From the NCBI GenBank assembly GCA_046563655.1, contig CM102287.1, forward strand, positions 4,898,001-4,962,000: a stretch of DNA of 64,000 nt. The letters are read 5' to 3'. The notes under the pieces are model-generated. The model searched no databases, was not told the DNA's origin, and saw only the letters and a list, made by a program, of their open reading frames with translations. Position numbers and translations under genes: made by a program. This stretch comes from Yuukianura sp. NJ FZ-2021. Taxonomy: Eukaryota. Positions 54,705-64,000 of the stretch are shown in pieces. Each line of letters opens with the position of its first letter. The first letter of the stretch is position 1.

Positions 54705-57700
54705 TTACTCTTCCAACAAAAAGAAAAGCTCAAAAATTTTTGAAAAAGTAGTGAATTTAAATAGATTCTGCTTAACATTTTTGATTCCGCGTTTCACAAA
54801 TTGGTTAGCTCATTACCATTTGATGCCCATGTAATTAAAATTATGATTATCTCCAAACTCCCAATTTAAAAGAAATTATTCAGATCATTTTAGGTTAGTT
54901 TGGCGTGATGCTAAGGTTAGATTAGACTCCATTTCACCAAGCGTTTTGAGCGATGAGGAAAGTCTCTGGGGAACCATAAATGTGTCAGCCGAAACCACAG
55001 GGCTCGAATCCCATTTCGTTAAACATCTTTAGGCTTTTACTGCACTGGAGGTCATGGACATAGGTAAGGTTTTCGCGCAAAAAAAAATATGAACAAAAAT
55101 AGAAAGATAGTTAAAAAAACACATAAAACCTGCAGTGCGTCTCATCAGTTAACAACACACAGACACAAAGCTTTTTGTCCACTGTAGACTGGCTGGATCA
55201 AACTGATGTTTCTGTCGCTTAAAAGCGCGTCTGCTTTCCCTTCCTGGTACAAAAAAATTCTACTCCCTTATGAACCAAAACTCTGAATCGATTAGGTGTT
55301 GTTTTCAAAAACTGCATTTCACGAAAACTGTCTAAATTCTAAATTTTAAAAAAAAATAGCTATCATTTTTCTACCACACAGAAATCACAGGTTTACAAAG
55401 TGACAAAGTGTTTACTCCAAAATTATCGAGTCGGAAAACAGATCCAACTTATTTACAACTTCTCAACTTTCTCTTGTAACTTAATGCAAGTTACATTTTA
55501 TCAAAATCAAAATATTTCAGCAAAACCATTACTTAACATTATAGTGACGGTGAAAGAACGAGGTCACTTGCACTTCGATAATTTCGAAAAACGGAAAAAC
55601 GTTACTTCGATTCTGATTGTCGGTTTTTCTCGTTTCAGAACCTTTTTACGACACAGTGCGGATGACAAATGATTTGGATTTATGGTCGAAAGCGAAAAGG
55701 CATTAATTTCCAAAGCTTACAGGAACAGAGACGACACGACACAAAACATCGTAACTTTCTCCAGTATTCCCTGAACTCCTGCGCTCTTCCCCTAGCAGTA
55801 ACTGCTGCGCGTCCTGATGTCATTGTTTTCTCCAGGGTCCACTGTAATTAATTAAGGTTAAGGTAGAAGGCTCCCTTTGTTTCCAAATTATAATGTGAAT
55901 AACATAACCTAACGTAAACCTAACCTAACCGCCATAGCATGTTCCAGAAATGCTGCCGAAATTCAAAACTCTACTTTGTGAAATGCCTACACTAAAATAT
56001 CCGTTATGAGCATCATCAACTTTTTGGGAATTGGCATTTCGACTCCAAAAGCCCCAAATTTTATGAAACCAAATAAAAATAAATTGGAACCATTTTGTTA
56101 CAATGAATACAGAGCACTTTCTCTTTTCTCTTCAAAAACGTTCAAGTTCCAGAAAGGAATTGGATCGTTTCTATTGAATTTTCATCTAAATTCATAATGA
56201 CAGAAGAACACGGATGCAAACGCTTGATTCTTTTCCTGCCAAAAATGACACGACGCTCGACTCAAGTCGAGTGTAAGCGTAAAAGATAAGAAGAAAGTAA
56301 AAGTGAAAGTCACAGAGTTGAGCCAAACAGTTTCCGTCAAAAGCGTCGAAATTTGAATCTTAAAAGAAACGAAAAGGCCTCAAAACTAACGTTCACACAA
56401 AAATAGAAGATCCTGCACATTCTTAAACTCCGTCTCGACTCTTGAGTAACATATTTTTTTTCCGTTCCAAATTCCAATAAAAGGTAATGCCTTCATTAGA
56501 CTTTTACTTCGAGCAAAAAAGTTAAGCTAAGTTAACAACAGACAGAGAATCGAACTCACGACTGTCTTGAGCAAGCGGCGAGGAACTTTTATTACTATTC
56601 GTGTCGAATTTCTATTCAAGATTTTTTTTACATAGAAAAGCGTCCGAAATCGAAGAAAATGCTAAATCTGTTTTGTAAGTTCAGCATCAACAGGGAGGTA
56701 AACTGAAAACAAAAACATAGCGCGTAGAAGCGCATTACGTAATCTATAATTTCAATCGACACAAATCCATTACAGGAAAATAAACTAAAACTCCCCTGCA
56801 GCTTCAAATTCAAGAAATCAAACGCAGAAACAAACTCAAAAACTATTTCTTTATCCAAAAACAAATCTGGGTCACTTTCTCACTTTCGTGTGAACTTTTT
56901 TAACTTGATTTTTATGAAAATAGATGAAAGTGAAAGTGGAACGCTAGCATATCCTGCTAAGAAGCTGAGAAGTCCAACAAAGCAGCGTCCTGCTGCTTGA
57001 GTTTCCCTTTGAATTCCTTTTCTAAAAAAAAAAGGAATTGTACAAAGGAAAATCAGCAAAGTATTTTTGATTCAACCTGTCACCAACTTCAACAAACAAC
57101 AATTTCCAATACTAGGAGGAGTAGATGGCATAAATTTTCATCACAAAGTCAAGAACTGACGCCAAAATTTTTGAAACTCTCTTTTCAGTTTTTCAAATCA
57201 CAAAATCTCGGTATGGTACAAGCTTTGAAAGAATCAAGTTATACATTATTTTCCATTTCGTATCGGTGCGTACTGCGTACAGACGCTAAACATTTTTATC
57301 GTTTTCCTTCTCAAAAACTACATCCGAAAAAATTCTCGCGTGTCTTGGCCTTGCTCCAGTAACAACCTGAATTTTGCAGATAACTCAAAAACTCGCACCG
57401 AAAAAATAAAACCCTACAGAGTAAATCAAAATATTTGAATAAACGATTTTCTTGTTTTATGTATATTTGAATCCACGAGTTTGCCATTTTAACCCTGAAT
57501 CATAGTAAACTACTTCCTACTCAGAATTCGCTCGAAACTTTGACCTCCTGCTTCCAAAATAGTCAAAAACGCAAAAAACAAGAAACTCGTGAAGTAAAAC
57601 ATGTTTTCCATTTCTATAAATAAAACAAAGCTAATCGCGCTCCGAGGGCGTCGGTCACACTCCAAAAATCTAAAATTGAAAAACGGACATCCAAATTGCA

Positions 57701-60700
57701 TAACTACAGAAAATACGAGATCCGCCACGAGTTATCTTTCTCTGCTCGATTCGTTTCCTGTCCAAGCCCAAGAGATGTTAAAGATAACGCCAGAAATGGT
57801 GCAAAACACATACACCTATGCCCTGGTACACAACAGTCCAAAAAACAACTTAATTGAGTCCATGGAAATGAATATATTCAATTTCAGTCTGCCTTGTCCC
57901 AGTTTCAATAAATTCTAAACCTTATGAACAACGGCGTCACCCAACCACAGGCAGCGAAGCGTAGGTGGCTGAACTTTCCAATTCAGTAATTTCAATTTCA
58001 ATGAAAATCGTTAACACTGGACACTGGATCAACACAACTTCAAAGTGGTCCAATTTCATTAAAAATTTCACTTTAATGGGTCAAAACGCCAAGCAATACT
58101 TTTCGCGAAAACCGGATAGCAAAATATGTCGGTTTTTTTTTTAAAAAGAAAACAGAATTTGACTAGTATTTTTTTTTAATCAAGTTTGGTCAAACCGACA
58201 AAACAAAACAACATATTTGGTGAAAACTTCAGTCACAGGAGGTTTTTGTTGTAGTTTTCACGAAAAAAAAAAGAATGTTCTAAGTCTAACTAAAAGTCTA
58301 AGTCCAAAAATGATCTAAAAACGCAAAAAACACTCCTCACTTACTTTATTCTCTCGTGGACCGACATACACGTCAGAGAAAGTAAAGTATTGACTTCGTC
58401 TCACTTTCAGTCTCTCAGCCGACCAAATCCGCGCTGAGCAAAAAGTGTAGGAAATCACACATCTCCCAAATCTGCTCCATTTTTTTAGACCTTTTCTTTT
58501 TTAGCAAAAGAAAAGACACTTCTAAGAAACTGACGACAGAAAGAGAAAATCCTTTCCCCCGACAGAAGGAGAACATCAATCTCCGTTTTCTGGAAATGAA
58601 AATGCACTTCCCACGCATAGTCGGATTCTTGACCTTACCTGCCTCGAGGTGAGTAAAAACCTCTAAATCGAAAAAACTTTGTTAGACTTACAGTATTTTA
58701 AATTGTCACTTTTGCTTGTCCCGGAAATTGTTGTCTAAATATTAAAACTTCCAAAAACTAAAAATAAGTCAAAACAGCAATTCTAAACAAGGAAGTTGTG
58801 TCAATCTCACATAAAGAAGCTCATTCTAACTCACTTCCGACTGCTAATTTCCGCTCTTCTCAGAATAGAATTTTAAAAAATTTTTAGTCAAAATACTACT
58901 TTTCATGATTTAAAATCATCTCTTCTCACCCACGTCATACAATAACTGAAGTCTGATCACTTTCCGGTGAACAAAGAACAAACTAATCCCGCTGCTCCAT
59001 TGTACTGAAGTTGAGCTCTAATACATATTATAACAATTAATATAACAATAAATAACTAATTACCGTTAACTGGATTCCTTTCTCACTCACACTCCTAACG
59101 AAATGTGCTTGTAGCCAATTCCACGCTAACTAGTAAGCAAAAGTTGCTCTTAGTGGTGTAGTGTAAGTCGTTTCAAACTAAACCAATTAAAGCTGCCAAT
59201 AAAGAGAGGATTTGCAACAACTTTAAAATGCTCTCATTTGAAACTTTAATTGTACTTTTGAGACAGTTTAATTACCAAACAGGTTTAGTTTCACCCTTAA
59301 ATGAAACTACAACAAAAATTTAAAGCAAACGAATGTGAAATGGCCCAGTTGTAGGACCAAGCTCTCGTAAAACGTGAAACCAACCAAATGTTGCCAATTT
59401 CTACCAATAGTGTTGCCTGATTTTGCGAAAGTTTACTTTAATAAATTTACGATCCAAACCTCCTTCACTCGCTCTCTCTGAATAAAAAATGAAGCTTCTA
59501 AAAAAATCTTTAAACAAACATTGTCGCTGTCTCCTCCCCATGTTCAAACATAACCAAACAACCTAAAACGTTGTGTTTGTGTCCAACGTGAATAATTTGT
59601 TAGCCCGGAAATCCTCCAAAGTAGAACAGCGCCTGATGATGTACGGCCCATTAGCTGACATTTTTTCGTGCGTTAAGACTGACATGCTGGATGAGATTTT
59701 TCGCACATGTTTGACCAGTTTCTGAGAAAAATGGCCTGGTTTTTTGACTTTTCTGTTTTTGTGTCAAACAACCATAAATTTTCCATTTCGACTAATACCA
59801 TTTGTTCCTTCAGCAATTCCAAACCCAAAGCTTTCTCATTTTCAAAAAACAACCAAAAAAACCTAAAATTTCGCACAGCCATTTTCAAAGTTACAACAAC
59901 TACACTGGTTCAAAATTCTTCAAAAACTAGAATTTATGTTAAAAATGTTCACTAATTTAACAAAAATCAAAAGAGCAACTCACATAACCCAACTTTCTCA
60001 TTAGTTGAGGATTAGTTATTATTGTTTTACCCGTAACCAGTTATGTTAGTGAGCCGGAGAAAGTACATGTTTGATCACCCGTCTCAAATCCCACTTCCAG
60101 TTAGTAAACGAAGTGAAAGCTCCACAAACTTCTTCCGTGTGTCTCCACTGTATAATTAATGACTAACGGAAGGAAGCATTTTCCCTAATGGATTAATGTC
60201 ACGAAGCCCTGTCTGTCACATAAGTCTCCTCAGTGTTCAAACAGCACAACCATGCCCAGGAAACCCAAACCATGTAACCCAACCAGCTCAACAACAACCA
60301 TTGTTCAAACAACCCACGCTTTCTAAAAATACATCAAATAAGTTAAGCTAAACATCCGAACTTACTATGTTAGATTGTTACTAAAACCTAAAAAACTCAA
60401 CACCAAAACACTTCAACTTTCACTCGAGCTTAAAAAGTAATTAAAATTTCAAAAATTATGTTATACACATAACACGTTAAAAAAAACATCGAGCAGCAAG
60501 CACTATAATACTTCCGTTCTTACTTAAAAGTTTAAAATGAAAATTAACTTTTCGCAATTTCCCTAAATTTTATTTCAAAATTGCGAATCTAAAGAAGACT
60601 TCCTGCTTTTCCCTCGTCGAATCCGGAAAAAGGTGACAGTTCATTCTGAATAATCTCTGCTGAAGTCGCTGACTCGGCCAAAAGGTCCGTGTCAAACCGT

Positions 60701-63700
60701 TAAAAAGTCTGTTCCAGAAGGAACTGTGACTCTGGAACAGGGTGCTACGATGCTATAGGCCTTATGTTACACTAACTGAGAACCAAGTCCCCTTGTCTTG
60801 CCTTTGACTCTATCCTTTGTCGTAGTCTTGCGAGGAGAAAGCAGTGAGGGATGACATTATTGACTTTGTCTCACTTGCAAAATGGGACTTTGGAACTCAG
60901 AGAACGCACTCTGCCGAAAGAGATAAAACTAAACTTTCTCCTCAGAGGAAAAGAAAGGAGAGAAACAAGAGTGATGACAGGAATTTTCTGTCACCATAAA
61001 AATATGAACATCAATCTCTAGTTTCCTTTAAAAAACCAAAGAAAAAAAACGCTACACTCGTGCAAAACCAGTTTTCAAATTTATCGACTGGAACGTTGGC
61101 CAAAAGACTAAAAATAACGCGATCCGTCTTTCCATAGTTTTCAACGTTACGCACAGCAAAAAGACAAAATCAATAAAATTCTGCCCAATTTAATAATTTT
61201 TAAGATCTACTATACTGACAAAAAAAAACTACAAAAATATTTAATAAAATAAGAAATTTTTTTCAAACTTTTCAAATAAATATCAATTACGAGCTGATTT
61301 TTAATAAAAATTCTCCGTTGTGAATTGGATCAGCCTCCGGTGACGTAAAAGCCGCAACATTTTTCGGAATTGCTAAACTTTTTTTTCTTCCAAAGAAAGT
61401 TTTAACCAGAAACCAACTTTTGTGCGTTCATTATTTAGAAATTAATTATACTCAAAGCCCATAAGAGAAACCTCCTGTTCTTGATCATAGTCTAACCTGT
61501 CGTATAAGTTACTAAACCTCTTCCCCAAAAACCAGAACAAAAAAAGTAGATTGTTTCTCCGAAAACTTTTCCTCCCAAAACTTTCTCCATTATTAAAGCA
61601 ACAGATCTCTAGCGTTACGTAACCATCCAAACTTTAGCTCAAAACTTCGAACTTCAGCTAAATCAAACCTCTTCCCGTCAAAATGTTTCCAAGCAATTCA
61701 ATTTCCCCAATCTTGTAGCAATTTTTCCAGTATTGTTTCAATTCACTTTACTCCAAATTGCTTTTTCTCAGTCATCCCTTCTATTTTTATTCAATTTCCC
61801 CCATATATTTGACTTGTGTAATACAAAATACCAATTTCCCGTTCCAAGCGCGAAAATTCTCCTAGATCTGTCAAATTATGAAGAGACATGAATGATTTAC
61901 GAGGTTCAAACTTTATCACAACGACGCTGGAGTGAAAGTTACGTAATTCACGCCATCCCAGCATTAGTTTCCAATGCTAAATCCAAGGCAAATGTGGTTA
62001 CAGTGATATCTCCCACAACTGCACACTTTCTCCAACATCTTTATCGGTTCATTTAGGCCACATAATCCCTTCATTCTGTTTTCCTAACGACTCCTTTCAC
62101 TGTCCAACAAAACCTCACAAAATGACAACTTCAAAATTTTGAAATTTTGGTCATAATGGTAGAAAACCGAGCTTTTTGGGCCGATGCCAGCGGGAAACTG
62201 ACCTCAACTTTTCCTCCACGAGTGGGCACATGCACCTAAAAGAATACTCATTAAAACCAGTAACGAAAACTGTACTAAAAAATTCACTATCCCCAAAGTA
62301 CGACATCCGTATTTTCGTTGTCTAATTTCCCCGTCAAATCCTTGCTGTGGCTCTACGTTCTCAAAATTCAAGTCCAACGTCAATCAAACCAAGTAGGAAG
62401 AGTTTCTTGTCCCAAATTCAAATTTCAAACGCAACCCGAAACCAGGGCAATGAACGCTCCGCCGGAAAAGCTGTCACGGAACTTACATTTCACTTATATA
62501 AGCTACATAGCTTCCGATACCATTCCCATTTTCTCCCACTTCCGCCTCAACTGATCTACAAGATACGGACATCCCAGACACATTTTGACATTTAATGCCA
62601 TACTTCCCTTCTTAATCATTTCTAGCTTTCTCGTCCTAATTCCAGTTCCAGGAAATACTAAGTTCTACATCAGTGGAGAAAGTGGTATACAGCCTCATCA
62701 GCTCATCCTAAGGACAACACGACAGCGGAATGCGGTTTCTCCTTTAACCTTCTTTGGGTCTGTGGTACTGGTGCATAATTAATGAAAGACTGAAACCTCT
62801 CTCCCTAATGGATTCTTGTCATGAAACGCCATTTCCCTCCATCTTGTCCCAAATCACCAACGACTCACGGGTCAAATGTCATCTTATGACCCAGCTTAAA
62901 AACGATTTCCCAGAAGTCATCAGAGAAAGTGCGCAGGTAAGGAGATCCTTATAAAACATTCTCGTCACAACCTGCCCTACTGCTATGGTCTACAGGCAAT
63001 TGCACTTAACCTTCTTTTCGTCTAGCTTAACTTACTCTAACCTTTAACCGACAAAAATTATGTTAACGTGATGTACTCGCTTAGTCCAACTTTCTTCCGC
63101 TTTAAATTCCACCAAAACGAAAATTTTGGAAAAAGTTTCACAGCAATTTCCGTTTTTTAAGAAAATCTGTACGAATCTAAGATTTCCATTCTCATAAAAA
63201 ATCAATTCCAGAGAGAATAAAAACCCTATCAAGTTTTTCTGTACTAAAAAAAGCAGCGTCAACATTGAGCAAACAGAGAAATAAGGACAAAGTAATCCCC
63301 AAGACTTTTCCCCATTTCACTTATTTTTCTTTTCTTAAAAATTCGAATACTTTCTCTCTGGGTAGTATTTGACATATCCAAGTAAAAGACTTCAGGAGCA
63401 ACTTTCCTCTTGAGCCGTAAAGTCAACTTTTGCAGTTGCAGCAGTTGGAGAAAATGGAAAAAGAAAGGAGATAAGAATTTGGGAATGGATGAAGATGAAG
63501 CACTCGCACAGGGACTCTCTATCCAAATCCCATTTCAATTCCAGTCTCTTCTTAATACTTCATCTTAAAAAACTTTCCTCTTCAACTTAATTCCCAAGGA
63601 ATTATTCCAAATTAAGGCCCTCAACCTGCAAAGCACTTGGTGCACTTTCTTAATTCAATTTCTCACTTCCTTGCACACAGGTCCGTAACATGCAAAAGCA

Positions 63701-64000
63701 AACTCAATTTGTGTTGCGAAAAAGAAGTGCAACAGATTAGTCAAAGGAGCTTTCACTTCAAAGTAAAATTCATTAGCGTAAACGTTAAACTAGGTTAAAT
63801 AAATAAACTCAAAAATTCAATTTAAAAATTGAACTGTCTTTTTGTTGAGAGGGAACAGACTATTTGCATTCCTGCAGTTCAAGTGGCGTTGGATTCGTTC
63901 TGGTCTAATGTAATACATGTTGAAATTTAGAAAGAACTTACAAACTCAAGAGGAAAAAAAACAGTAAGCTTACCTTAAACAATAGCCACCGTGACAATTC

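Noticed and set aside
56540..56600. tRNA T-arm/B-box-like GTTCGATTC on the - strand
   Set aside because: No cloverleaf or convincing A box; at most a decayed SINE fragment
41460..64000. Numerous 60-120 aa ORFs in the right third of the window
   Set aside because: Apart from the SDR they are F/K/L-rich translations of AT-rich non-coding DNA with no consistent exon chains

Overview
Eukaryotic, AT-rich, intron-dense arthropod DNA with many ~60-100 nt GT-AG introns; a compact hexapod genome such as a springtail is my inference, not shown. Genes left to right: 5' part of a 5-HT7-type serotonin GPCR (-); a 10-exon ~515 aa gene resembling the C-terminal half of FANCB (-), head-to-head with a FASTKD/RAP-domain gene (+); a class-2 DYRK kinase (-); a DUF1397 27-kDa-hemolymph-type protein (+); a DOMON/cytochrome b561 ferric-chelate-reductase-like gene (+); a DBHS/NONO/nonA gene (+); a 942 bp internally deleted P-superfamily transposon with an 8-bp TSD; an orphan ORF (+); an SLC46/PCFT-like MFS transporter (-); a ~1.3 kb foldback element; and kekkon5 (-), followed by ~22 kb of mostly non-coding DNA holding an opposite-strand DCXR-like SDR, a MITE and a perfect 30-bp hairpin. 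The main non-obvious signals are three paralogous intronic box C/D snoRNAs in the NONO-like gene that target 18S rRNA helix 18 and share a second conserved element, a putative propeller-less FANCB, and a strong excess of AGTGAAAGT (Blimp-1/PRDM1-type) words in introns. Exon boundaries were read by eye, and homology calls come from recalled motifs, not database searches.
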